Virus record (IMG/VR): IMGVR_UViG_3300018428_005148 | Location: 1-64,000 of that record | Strand: one strand, 5' to 3' | DNA from: a virus | DNA: 64,000 nucleotides | In this document: positions 38,178 to 47,604 of the stretch, one piece after another | Numbering within the stretch: the stretch's first letter is position 1 | Layout of the letters: each line of letters opens with the position of its first letter | Notes under the pieces: model-generated | The model's input: the letters and a program-made list of their open reading frames with translations, nothing else | What the model was told of the DNA's origin: nothing | The model's database searches: none | Program-made: the position numbers and the translations under genes

Positions 38178-39102
38178 AATAATTTTTAAGTCCCTGCTCT
38201 AAGGTGAATTCAGGTTGGTATCCCAAGAGATCTTTTGCCCTGCTGATGTCAAGTGTGCCACGCATTGGATACAATTCATGATTTCCTATATCAACAATGT
38301 CTGAATCGCTACCTGTTATTTCCAATATCTTTTCTGCCAGAGTTCTAAGGCTACTAGCATTGCCGGCAGTAATGTTGAAACTAACATTGGCCACTGGCGA
38401 CAGTGCTGAAAGTATTATCCCTCGTGCGGCATCTTGCCTATACGTAAAATCAACTTTGTTTGCACCATTGTGTAATGTGATGTCTTTGCCTTTCATGGCC
38501 TTATCAAAGAACTTTGACACTACCCTGTCTGGCATGTCCCCCGGACCATACACACCGCTGGGTCGCACTATGTTGTAATTCAATCCCGACCGTTTTGCAA
38601 ACAATTTGACCATTCTTTCACCAGTAAGTTTTGCCTCACCATAGATATTTTTGGGTTTAGTTTTTCCGTCCTCTTTGGTTCCATCAGCAAAGTCACCATA
38701 GACCATGCTACTGCTGACATAGACAATTTTTTTGACTCCAAACTTTTCACAGTGCCATAGCAAGTTTGTAGTGGTGTTGATCACTTTCGGTACTCCTACA
38801 ATAGGATCTGCGTCGACTATCTTTGCCCTAGGATAGGTTGCAAGATGGATTACAATGTCTGGATTGTATGAAAACGCCTTAAGGCAAACTAACCTGTCCA
38901 AAATATCACCACGTATGTAGGAAACTTTCTTTTGATCCCAATTCCTGGTCCGCCATTCATATAACTTACGAAGTTGTTCATTGGTCATGATATCGTAGTT
39001 GTCTTCGTTGTCCACCACAGTGATGCTGTGGTTATCCTCACATAACATCTCAACTATCTTGGATCCTATAAATCCTTTTCCACCTGTTATAAGTATTTTC
39101 AT
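38152..39102 (-). CDS. NAD-dependent epimerase/dehydratase (extended SDR)
   Basis: MKILITGGKGFIG (TAATG-coupled start at 39102), SSSMVYG, YGEAK, VRPSGVYGPG. Confidence 0.9.
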   Translation of the reverse strand: MKILITGGKGFIGSKIVEMLCEDNHSITVVDNEDNYDIMTNEQLRKLYEWRTRNWDQKKVSYIRGDILDRLVCLKAFSYNPDIVIHLATYPRAKIVDADPIVGVPKVINTTTNLLWHCEKFGVKKIVYVSSSMVYGDFADGTKEDGKTKPKNIYGEAKLTGERMVKLFAKRSGLNYNIVRPSGVYGPGDMPDRVVSKFFDKAMKGKDITLHNGANKVDFTYRQDAARGIILSALSPVANVSFNITAGNASSLRTLAEKILEITGSDSDIVDIGNHELYPMRGTLDISRAKDLLGYQPEFTLEQGLKNYYDWLQNKI

Positions 39103-39284
39103 TAAAATTTCTTTGTAACTCCAAGTTTTGGTTGTGTAACACAATTTTTTGCCTTGTCTATGATTTCCTGACTCATAGTTTTTTGTTCTTGAACTTTGTC
39201 GATTTTCTCAGATCCAGGAATACAGTTGGCATGCGGCTTAAAACCACAAGCAGTTATCAAGACAAAAAGAAGCAAATATCTCAT
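39102..39284 (-). CDS. Small lipoprotein
   Basis: MRYLLLFVLITAC lipobox. Confidence 0.6.
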   Translation of the reverse strand: MRYLLLFVLITACGFKPHANCIPGSEKIDKVQEQKTMSQEIIDKAKNCVTQPKLGVTKKF

Positions 39285-40747
39285 CCTAATACCTTGACCC
39301 CATACTTGTTGGTAAATGCTTTACCATCCTCCCTGTCATTCACTATCGGTTGCCCTTTTATGTTGAGACTGGTGTTGAGAAGTATGGGGCAACCAGTCTG
39401 TCGTTTCCATTCTGTTAGCAGTGCGTGAAACCCCGGATTGTCAGTTTTCCGCACGGTTTGTACCCTAGAAGTGTGATCATGATGTATTATGGCAGGGAAG
39501 TCTTTACCATGCGTACACGCCGCTGTATATTGCATATAAGGGGTGTTTTTGACTCCTTTAGGTAGGGTAAAATAGTCATTTACATCCTCCTCTAATATGG
39601 CTGGGGCGAACGGTCTGAACTTCTGTCTCTTCTTGATTGCATTTACCATGTCCTTGATGTCCTCACCCCTAGGGTCCGCTAGTAATGATCTATTACCAAG
39701 TGCCCTCGGACCAAATTCCGCTCTACCGCTCGCAACTCCCACCATCTTGTTTTCCTTCAATTCCTTGATAAGTGCGTCCACAGGATACTCACCGTCTATC
39801 TCTGTGCCCAGGAACGGGTGTTGCCAATCTATGAATCTCTTCTCGTGTGCGGCTATGCAACCAACACTTGATCCCGCGTCTCCGGGATTTGGTATTATCC
39901 AGATGTTGTCAAACAATCCCATGTTGGCCAACACCCTGTTCGCGGCACAATTCAGTGCCACACCGCCCGCATACACAAGGTTGCGTGATCCGTAACTGCT
40001 GGCCCTGTGCCACAAGTCTGCGAGGCATTCTTCTGTGACTGCCTGTATGCTGGCCGCTATGTCCATCACGTCCGCTTCTGGATGCCAGTCTCCGAGGCCC
40101 CTGTGTAGGTTCTGTTTGAGTTTGAAAGGTGCTTGTTCAACGAAGTCTTCATATATGTCCTGTTTGTATTTTGGCTCGCCGTACGCGGCCATGCCCATGA
40201 GGATGTACTCCTCTTCCGCTGGTTTGAGACCACAACGGTGTGTGAATGCCGAATACAGTATGCCCAGGCTGTGTGGATACCTGATTGTTTCCTTACGTTC
40301 GATGTTCCTTCCACGAGCGGTTGAAATACTGGCAGTGTCCCATTCGCCTATCGCGTCCACTGTTAGTATCGTTGCCTCACGGAATGGTGACGTGAAGTAT
40401 CCCGCCGCCGCGTGTGAGTCATGGTGCAACACGTACTCGTCTATCCTGATGTGGAACTGGTCAAGGTGCCACTGAGGCATCTCTGACTGTGCGAATGCTT
40501 CTCTGTACTGACCCGCGTAGAACTGTCTTGTCTTCTTGAGCAATGGTTTCTCGTAGTACACCACCTTTTTGAATGGTCCGTATTTGTTTGCTTCGTTGAC
40601 TATACCCCAGTTGAGGTAGTGGTCATTTTTTACCTTGGAATAGCGTTCCGAGTGAGCGGCCCATAGTATCCGGCCAACACCCGCTTGGAACTCTATGACC
40701 GCCATGGCGGCATCGTGATTCATGCAGTTAATTCCCAGTATTCTCAT
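39281..40747 (-). CDS. O-carbamoyltransferase (CmcH/NodU/TobZ family)
   Basis: HDAA, HHDSHA, DAIGE, GGVALNC, EFGPRALGNRS, KKRQKFRPFAP, LNTSLN. Confidence 0.93.
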   Translation of the reverse strand: MRILGINCMNHDAAMAVIEFQAGVGRILWAAHSERYSKVKNDHYLNWGIVNEANKYGPFKKVVYYEKPLLKKTRQFYAGQYREAFAQSEMPQWHLDQFHIRIDEYVLHHDSHAAAGYFTSPFREATILTVDAIGEWDTASISTARGRNIERKETIRYPHSLGILYSAFTHRCGLKPAEEEYILMGMAAYGEPKYKQDIYEDFVEQAPFKLKQNLHRGLGDWHPEADVMDIAASIQAVTEECLADLWHRASSYGSRNLVYAGGVALNCAANRVLANMGLFDNIWIIPNPGDAGSSVGCIAAHEKRFIDWQHPFLGTEIDGEYPVDALIKELKENKMVGVASGRAEFGPRALGNRSLLADPRGEDIKDMVNAIKKRQKFRPFAPAILEEDVNDYFTLPKGVKNTPYMQYTAACTHGKDFPAIIHHDHTSRVQTVRKTDNPGFHALLTEWKRQTGCPILLNTSLNIKGQPIVNDREDGKAFTNKYGVKVLG

Positions 40748-40895
40748 CTTCCTCCTTGTGCCAACCCATGTCCTCTATGTTTTCACTACTGCAACTTGGA
40801 CAAACATACCATTCGTTCGTTGTATCATCTTTTTCTAAGTCGTTGGCAACACCCTTCCATTTACAATCATAACAGAAGAAGTTCCACCATGTCAT
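40728..40895 (-). CDS. 55-aa zinc-ribbon protein (not in ORF track)
   Basis: MTWWNFFCYDCKWKG...VCPSCSSENIE; two CxxC; ATGA-coupled to the upstream gene. Confidence 0.6.
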   Translation of the reverse strand: MTWWNFFCYDCKWKGVANDLEKDDTTNEWYVCPSCSSENIEDMGWHKEEDENTGN

Positions 40896-41536
40896 TTTAT
40901 TTTGAAGAACCCTTTCGCCTTTTCAAGTGCAGTCTCCCACTCCTCCAGCGTGATGTCGTACTCAAAATTTTGTGTGGTCTCGTTGACTTTTAATTCTTTC
41001 GCTCCATTCTTGATGTGGAATCTCCTAGCCATGTCTGTGAGTGGTGACAACGTGATTAGCCTGTTGAGGTGATTGGACTTCTTGATCATCTTGTATACCT
41101 CATTCACTATTGCTTTACCACCACCTTTCTTCTTTGCCCATACCGTGTATGCTATCGCAATAGATCCCTGCACGCCTGCACGGTGTACTGCCTTGAGTGC
41201 GGCATCGTAACTCATCCTGTCCATTTCTTCAACAGTTTTTGGCACTTCATCTGTGAATGCGAAACACATGATCGCCGCAATATCGCCAACGTCATCCTTC
41301 AGACCATAAATCTTCCTACCGTACGTCTGCCTGAATGCCAGGTCTAATTCTGGTCTCACTGGATCCTCGGCACAATCTATGTATGGCATTTCAACGAGTT
41401 CATATTTGGATTCTTTGATCTGCTGTTTTGTGTATGACTGCAACTTGGTAAATTTTTCCATAAGATTTTTGATAGAAGGATGGCCTTTCCATTCCTCTAG
41501 TTTCTGCACCAGTTTGTCCTTGTTAAGAATTTCCAT
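40892..41536 (-). CDS. GNAT-fold protein resembling the malonyl-CoA decarboxylase catalytic domain
   Basis: AIAYTVW..KKGGG, LITLSP, ARRFHIKNGA. Confidence 0.5.
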   Translation of the reverse strand: MEILNKDKLVQKLEEWKGHPSIKNLMEKFTKLQSYTKQQIKESKYELVEMPYIDCAEDPVRPELDLAFRQTYGRKIYGLKDDVGDIAAIMCFAFTDEVPKTVEEMDRMSYDAALKAVHRAGVQGSIAIAYTVWAKKKGGGKAIVNEVYKMIKKSNHLNRLITLSPLTDMARRFHIKNGAKELKVNETTQNFEYDITLEEWETALEKAKGFFKIK

Positions 41537-41537
41537 T

Positions 41538-41642
41538 TTATTTGTATATGAAAGGGTCTTTTTTCTTCAATTCTTTAAGTCTTTTCCTATAAGCAATCTC
41601 ATTTTTGATCTTGCTTATAATTTTTTTTATCCAATTGAACAT
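41538..41642 (-). CDS. 34-aa basic peptide ending DPFIYK (not in ORF track)
   Basis: MFNWIKKIISKIKNEIAYRKRLKELKKKDPFIYK; TAATG-coupled; SD GGAGG. Confidence 0.65.
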   Translation of the reverse strand: MFNWIKKIISKIKNEIAYRKRLKELKKKDPFIYK

Positions 41643-42427
41643 TATTTTCCTCCTGTTATTTCTGTAAATCTCTGTTTCATTAACATTATAGCATCTTGGT
41701 GTGCTTTGTCTAGTGGATGGGTAACCCCGCGGGGATAATCATTCAGCAGAGCCCATTGATTGAATCCCATCATCCTTTCCCCAAAAGAAAACCACTTGGT
41801 AAAGTCAATTTCCGAGTATAGTTTTTTTAGAAATCCATCTTGGTCGGCGTGTAATTTGTGTTCATGGTAAAACAGGCTGTTGTCAGCAAGTGTAAACATG
41901 TAAGGAATATTCTTCTTTTCGAGAATGTGTTGCAACCATATGATGCTCTTCCAACTTAGGTAAATTTCGTGATATTCGTTGGCCGCGTTTCGGTAAAGGG
42001 AATCCACGAAAGGTTGTATGCCCGTGTCTGCCAACAATCTTGATCTTCTTTTTTGCTGTTCTAGTTGTGGTTCGGAACCTGTTAGTGCCTGATGTCTCTG
42101 GTCTGCAAACATGTTGGTGTCCCATGGTGACAATGACGCCCATCTTGTCTGCTCCAACTGTGAATTCCTAGGAAAGGCCCAATCATATCTCGAGAGAAAA
42201 CTCCACATGACGACAACACACCGGACTTCCGGGTCCTGGGCCACCTGTTCAAATACACGCCTCGCTATGCCACTGTTACCAGATCCCGCCCTGGCTGTGC
42301 ATACATATTGGCTATCACCCTTGAGTCCGTAGGCCCATGTCTTTTGTGATGGTGTTTTACCCTCATTGTCATCACTGAGCTCGTGTCCAAATGTGAAACT
42401 ACAACCGCCTGATACAAATTTATTCAT
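41642..42427 (-). CDS. SGNH/GDSL-like protein
   Basis: GGCSFTFG block I, AGSGN, C-terminal HPLDKAH. Confidence 0.55.
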   Translation of the reverse strand: MNKFVSGGCSFTFGHELSDDNEGKTPSQKTWAYGLKGDSQYVCTARAGSGNSGIARRVFEQVAQDPEVRCVVVMWSFLSRYDWAFPRNSQLEQTRWASLSPWDTNMFADQRHQALTGSEPQLEQQKRRSRLLADTGIQPFVDSLYRNAANEYHEIYLSWKSIIWLQHILEKKNIPYMFTLADNSLFYHEHKLHADQDGFLKKLYSEIDFTKWFSFGERMMGFNQWALLNDYPRGVTHPLDKAHQDAIMLMKQRFTEITGGK

Positions 42428-43601
42428 ATATTTTCAAAACTTTATTTAAAAGTGGAAAAACCTCACTGAAATTTTCATTGCGATACTGATCGGTCTGGAG
42501 AATTCTTTCTTTTCTCCTTTGTCGAATCTCCACATTGTCTCTTTCAGAGGCATTCATGTACCGTAGCGAAGGTTGGAAGTCTGTAAGCATGTGGTACCTT
42601 GTGTTTATGATGTCCTTGACCTGTTTTGGCAAGGTCTGTATGTTGAAAACGTCTGGATCAAAACAGGTGTTTACGTAGAAGAACTTGGGTTGGTACTGCG
42701 CCACCCACAAGGCAATCTTGGCCCAGTTGAATACGTTGAATATACTGACTGTCGTGCATATTTGAAAGTCCATGTTGTCAGTCTTGCGTTCCTTAAACTT
42801 GACAAGGTTTGCACTTACTTCACGCCAGTTGGCTGGATGCCTCTGGTATTCAAACGCCTGACCTATGTCATCAATGCTAAATGCTATCTCGACGTTCTTG
42901 AAGTACGCCCAAAGGTCGAATATCTCCTGCGGTGGCAGTTGTGTACCATTTGTGTTGTAATGTATGTCTATGTTCTTTGCGTAACCCTTCTCCACACAGT
43001 GCATTAGGATTTTGAAGTGGTCTTTGATCATGAACGGCTCGCCTCCCGTGAACTCGAAATATTCCACATGCCTGAGATCATCTTTTAAGTCTTCAAAGAA
43101 CTGCGGATTGCGTTTTGGCCAGCCACCCTCCCGAAGTTGTTTCCGTGCGACAGGGTTATCTCCGCCCTTCGCTAATTCGTAGTCAATTTCCTCCTGGGCC
43201 CATTTTGAAGAACTCCAGGAACCACATATCCTGCACTTGAGATTACAGACGTTGCCTAACTTAAAATCAATGAACTTTAAAGATGGCTCGCTATTAGGTG
43301 TCCAGTCTTTGAGGCTTCTCGACATCTTGTACAAACTATTTTGCCTCTTTGACGTCTTTCCTGCGTCCTCCTCTGCCCAACAGTTGCTACAACCCGAGGG
43401 CCTTTCTCCATTACGGAACTGCTGTCTAAGGTTTTCCATGTACTCGCTGTGCTGTATGCTTTTAAGGCTTTGTTCATATACCTTGACGTTGGGTATGCTA
43501 CCTTTGAAGAGACAGCATGGAGATGCACCTCCGTTTACATCAACCTCTAGGTGCGTCCAAGGCAATGCACATACGTTCGATCCTATATACTTGTCCACCA
43601 T
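42420..43601 (-). CDS. Radical SAM protein with an N-terminal twitch/SPASM-like domain
   Basis: CALPW..PCC..CSNC; GNVCNLKCRIC; GGEP. Confidence 0.9.
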   Translation of the reverse strand: MVDKYIGSNVCALPWTHLEVDVNGGASPCCLFKGSIPNVKVYEQSLKSIQHSEYMENLRQQFRNGERPSGCSNCWAEEDAGKTSKRQNSLYKMSRSLKDWTPNSEPSLKFIDFKLGNVCNLKCRICGSWSSSKWAQEEIDYELAKGGDNPVARKQLREGGWPKRNPQFFEDLKDDLRHVEYFEFTGGEPFMIKDHFKILMHCVEKGYAKNIDIHYNTNGTQLPPQEIFDLWAYFKNVEIAFSIDDIGQAFEYQRHPANWREVSANLVKFKERKTDNMDFQICTTVSIFNVFNWAKIALWVAQYQPKFFYVNTCFDPDVFNIQTLPKQVKDIINTRYHMLTDFQPSLRYMNASERDNVEIRQRRKERILQTDQYRNENFSEVFPLLNKVLKIYE

Positions 43602-44992
43602 TCCAAAGCCTTTTTGTTTTTTGAAAGTATTTTTTTTATGTCTGTGCCTCTTATGGAGTCAAGCCTCTCGATTTCTTTCTTTCCAAATTTCTGCCCATTT
43701 GTGTATTGTTCTCCTTCGTAAACTAGTTCGTTATTCCTTTTTTGTTCTAGCATAGTAGCAAGTTGGTCAAAGAATGGTTTTGTCTTTTGGTTTTTATATT
43801 TGGATGTCTTGTGTAATACATCCTCTATCATGTCTTTCATAATGTCATACGGCATAAACAACGGAGCCATTGCATTGTCTGGAGTGAAGTTAAACACTTG
43901 TTTTGTCAGCAACCCTAAATTTCCCAAATCCACAGACATCTTCACCATGTTTTCTAAGTCGAACAGTCCTGGAAGTGTGATCGTAAGGTCGAGGTCGATG
44001 GTCTTTGTAGCACCGTCTGTGTAAGGTAGGCCTTCTTTGATGTTGGCTAGCCATTCATCGAACTTCAAGCCAGTCCTGATGTACTCGCCTATCTCACCTG
44101 TGCCGTCTATCGACGCACATATTTGAAATTTAGGGAAGTGTTTTAGTATGTCGGCAAAGAGATGCTGATCATAATAGGTTATACGACTCATGTTTGAATT
44201 GTATCTTGCAAGTACCTGATCTTGGTAACCTAAATCCACTATCCTTTTCATTGCCTCCCAATGTATCTTCCACATCAATGGTTCACCCCCGCACCAGTAA
44301 ATCTCTGTGATTCTTTTATCCTCAACAGCCTCAACAAATTCTTTCACAACTTGGGTGTCATGGAATTTCTGTAACTGCTCTTTGACGTCTTTACGACCCC
44401 ATATGGCCCAGTCGTCGTAATGGCCTCGGCCGTGCCTTTTGTTTTCAGTCTCCCAACTACTGGATAACATGTCACCACACATTCTGCAACTGAAATTACA
44501 GAGATTCGAAAACCTGTAATCGAAACTTTGAACTTTCATAGTAGTTGCACCAGTATCATCAGTGGAAGCATATGCCTCGTCAATTTGGTTCCTGTAGTAT
44601 TGGTTGAAATGATTCCTGTAAACAGAGTCATTAAGAAGTTTGTGATTGCAGACTGCACACTGCGGTATTTCCTCACCGGCCAGCAACTTTAATCTCACTG
44701 ACTTCATGTAATCTGAATTCCAATGTTGTTCTAGGGTCGTCAAGTTAATCTCCCCCGTTGGGCGATTCTTTTCGTCCATGGGTATGGTGTCTATGTATTG
44801 CTTGAAGTTGTGTGAATTCTCCCTCGAACTACAACAAAGTCGCCTTTCAATTTGCGGACTGAGGTAGGTGTGCGTCCATGGCGCCATGCAGAAAGTTTTG
44901 TTTCCATCTTTTGGTTTTATCCTTTTATTCATATTCGTCAACGTTCCTTGCCTGGGCCATCTCTCGTCGGCTGTTGGAAATCTATCTGTCAT
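43583..44992 (-). CDS. Radical SAM protein with an N-terminal twitch/SPASM-like domain
   Basis: CMAPW..LCC..CAVC; SNLCNFSCRMC; GGEP. Confidence 0.9.
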   Translation of the reverse strand: MTDRFPTADERWPRQGTLTNMNKRIKPKDGNKTFCMAPWTHTYLSPQIERRLCCSSRENSHNFKQYIDTIPMDEKNRPTGEINLTTLEQHWNSDYMKSVRLKLLAGEEIPQCAVCNHKLLNDSVYRNHFNQYYRNQIDEAYASTDDTGATTMKVQSFDYRFSNLCNFSCRMCGDMLSSSWETENKRHGRGHYDDWAIWGRKDVKEQLQKFHDTQVVKEFVEAVEDKRITEIYWCGGEPLMWKIHWEAMKRIVDLGYQDQVLARYNSNMSRITYYDQHLFADILKHFPKFQICASIDGTGEIGEYIRTGLKFDEWLANIKEGLPYTDGATKTIDLDLTITLPGLFDLENMVKMSVDLGNLGLLTKQVFNFTPDNAMAPLFMPYDIMKDMIEDVLHKTSKYKNQKTKPFFDQLATMLEQKRNNELVYEGEQYTNGQKFGKKEIERLDSIRGTDIKKILSKNKKALEWWTSI

Positions 44993-46271
44993 ACTTCTCA
45001 AACAGTTCGGTCCATTCTGGGAACACTTCTTTTGTGTTTTCAGTCCTTATGTTGTCGTACTTCTTAGTATTTTCAAAAAACAATGGCAGATGCTTTTGGT
45101 TGTCAGTTTTATTCATCCAATTGATAGCAGACTCAAATCCTTTTGTTGCCCTAGTAAGGGGATCTTTATCAGACAACCAAGAAAGGTGATCCTTGTATTT
45201 GTTTTCTATCTGTTGTTTGTATTCTGGCGGTAGTATGTCTATCCGTTGCCATATAGGATGTTGCAAAAGGTTGAAATTGAAATCTTGCGGCTTGATCAAA
45301 CCCTGTTCTGCCCAATTCTTGTGAAAGTCACAAACGTGCAGTGCGTTGAGAAGTCCCACTGTTGAACTGATATAAAAATCAACTTTGGGACAAACTTCAA
45401 TCATACGTTTCCTGTTTGCCAAAGTTTCTTCCCATATCGTGCCTTTACGCATGAGTTCGGCCCTGGGTCCTTCTGCATCGAGGCTGGCTCCAACACTGAC
45501 ACTATCAAACTTATTCCATAATTCAAAAACATCAATATCTTTGAAAGTAGACCTGCTGAAATTAGTGTTATAAATTAGACGCACATGATACATTTTCCTT
45601 TTATCTAATTCTTTCAATATGCGATAGTGCTCCTCCATAATAATCGGCTCGCCACCTGCAAAATAGAATTGCTCGGCATGATCGAAAGACTCAAGCATCT
45701 GTTCCCAAAGATCATCTGTGCTTCGGCCAACCTTCATGATTTTTGCATGTGGTGGTGGGGCACCTGTAAGTTTTTTATGATCCTCGTACCAGTTAGAGCT
45801 GAACCACGTGCCACAACTCCTGCAGGCCATGTTGCACAAATTAGAAAATCTTATGTCCCAATATTTCATCACGAAGTCTGCCGTGCCATCATCCTGTGTG
45901 CTGTCCACAAGTCCTATGTTGTGTCCGAAGTGCTTGTTTGAACTAAGGCGTAGACTGAAAAAACCTGACTTTTCTTGATCATAGCATTTTACACAGCCAC
46001 GTGATTTTTGATTGTTCAACATCCTCACACGCATTTGCTTCATTTTTTCACCATTGAAGACTTCCTTTAGACTCTGCTTGTTGAGATCTCCCACGGGGTA
46101 GGGATCAAATGCGAAACAACATGGATATGCTCTTCCATCAGGATACGCATGTAAGTGCATCCATGGAAGCATACAGAAAGTGTCGCTTTCGAGCAACAAC
46201 TCCTTTTGCCTCGGAGTCATGTCCTTGATTTTAATTTTTTCGGGCTCTTTGGCCCCGTACTCATATGCCAC
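44982..46271 (-). CDS. Radical SAM protein with an N-terminal twitch/SPASM-like domain
   Basis: CMLPW..PCC..CVKC; SNLCNMACRSC; GGEP. Confidence 0.9.
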   Translation of the reverse strand: MAYEYGAKEPEKIKIKDMTPRQKELLLESDTFCMLPWMHLHAYPDGRAYPCCFAFDPYPVGDLNKQSLKEVFNGEKMKQMRVRMLNNQKSRGCVKCYDQEKSGFFSLRLSSNKHFGHNIGLVDSTQDDGTADFVMKYWDIRFSNLCNMACRSCGTWFSSNWYEDHKKLTGAPPPHAKIMKVGRSTDDLWEQMLESFDHAEQFYFAGGEPIIMEEHYRILKELDKRKMYHVRLIYNTNFSRSTFKDIDVFELWNKFDSVSVGASLDAEGPRAELMRKGTIWEETLANRKRMIEVCPKVDFYISSTVGLLNALHVCDFHKNWAEQGLIKPQDFNFNLLQHPIWQRIDILPPEYKQQIENKYKDHLSWLSDKDPLTRATKGFESAINWMNKTDNQKHLPLFFENTKKYDNIRTENTKEVFPEWTELFEKYDR

Positions 46272-47604
46272 GGTACCATTCTCCTATGATTGGGAAAGTC
46301 TTCTCGAAGTCCTTGCCCCTACGCTTGTCATACTGGCTGTAGAAAGCCTTGAAATCCTTCTGTAGTTTGCCCTGTTCGGCCGCGCCCGCATGCGGTGTCT
46401 TTACAACGTCAAGATAATCTATAAGCCTTTGTGTATGATTGATTTCCATTTGTTCCAAATATTTCTCATTTGTATTTAAAAATTTGGTAATGTCGGTCTT
46501 AAATTTTTCACGTAGATCGTCTGGTAGTACGAGCGGTGATTGGAAACTTGGGAATCTCAATATATTCAGGGTGTAGTTGATTGTTGGACCATACACCTTG
46601 CTGGCACTCTTGAACCATACTATCTTTTCCAGGAACTCTGGCAGTGACTCTAAACATAATGCGTTAATCGTGGCCATGTTGTGTATGGCCATCGGTACTT
46701 TGTTCGACATGAAATCCAACACGTTCTTGAACCAGTCTGTGTATATCAGGCCATCCCTTATGTACTCCGCTTGAGAGCCAACTGCTTCATTGGACGTGTA
46801 CAATTCGAACTTTTTAAAATTTTTCAACTTGCTTTTGAATCTCTCTAATATCTCGTGCTTTGCACCAAGGTTACTGTTGATTGCTATACGCATATCGGGA
46901 TTCATTTTATCACCTTGCGTCTCTATCCAGTCCAGCAGTCTCCACAGGTTGGGTGACATCATTGGCTCACCACCGGTTATCCTTAACTCGTCCAGACTCT
47001 TGTGTAGGTCGGTCTCCCACCATCTGTAGAATGCCTCAACATATGGATTGGTCTCATCCTTCTTGTATGGTTCCGCTGAGTCGTGTGCGTGTGTGAAATG
47101 GTTCCTACCGTCTGATTCCAATCCGGTGTAAGGACCTTTCTGCTTGATATCATTGGCCCAGGTAGTGCTGAACGCAGGATTGCAATAGGTACAGGCGAAT
47201 TGACAGGTCCTATCAAACGCTATCTCCAACGTCTTCAAGTTGTAATCTTTACTGTGATCGTTATCAAATGCTGTTTGTAAATCACTGTTGGTAAAAATTT
47301 TGCTCTTATAAACCCTGTCACTGATGTTGTCCCTGTTGATGTCCTCTATCTTCCAACAGTACTCACAGCCTGCCGGCCTCTCGCCACACTGCATCTGTCT
47401 TCTCTGTTCCTTTTTTTGACGTGTGTTGTGGATTGCACTGGGATTGGCTTTGATTTCTACTAGGTCTATCTTATGTGGCAATGGGTGGTGGCAACTTGTG
47501 GTCATGCCTGATCCCAACCATATGGTTGCGTTGTACCACTTGGCTCCGCAGAAGCTCGCGGATTTGGTGTCCAGTATCTGTTTCTTGTATTCTAGGTCGT
47601 CCAT
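46261..47604 (-). CDS. Radical SAM protein with an N-terminal Cys/His domain
   Basis: CGAKW..SCHHP..CEYCW; TCQFACTYC; GGEP. Confidence 0.9.
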   Translation of the reverse strand: MDDLEYKKQILDTKSASFCGAKWYNATIWLGSGMTTSCHHPLPHKIDLVEIKANPSAIHNTRQKKEQRRQMQCGERPAGCEYCWKIEDINRDNISDRVYKSKIFTNSDLQTAFDNDHSKDYNLKTLEIAFDRTCQFACTYCNPAFSTTWANDIKQKGPYTGLESDGRNHFTHAHDSAEPYKKDETNPYVEAFYRWWETDLHKSLDELRITGGEPMMSPNLWRLLDWIETQGDKMNPDMRIAINSNLGAKHEILERFKSKLKNFKKFELYTSNEAVGSQAEYIRDGLIYTDWFKNVLDFMSNKVPMAIHNMATINALCLESLPEFLEKIVWFKSASKVYGPTINYTLNILRFPSFQSPLVLPDDLREKFKTDITKFLNTNEKYLEQMEINHTQRLIDYLDVVKTPHAGAAEQGKLQKDFKAFYSQYDKRRGKDFEKTFPIIGEWYRGI

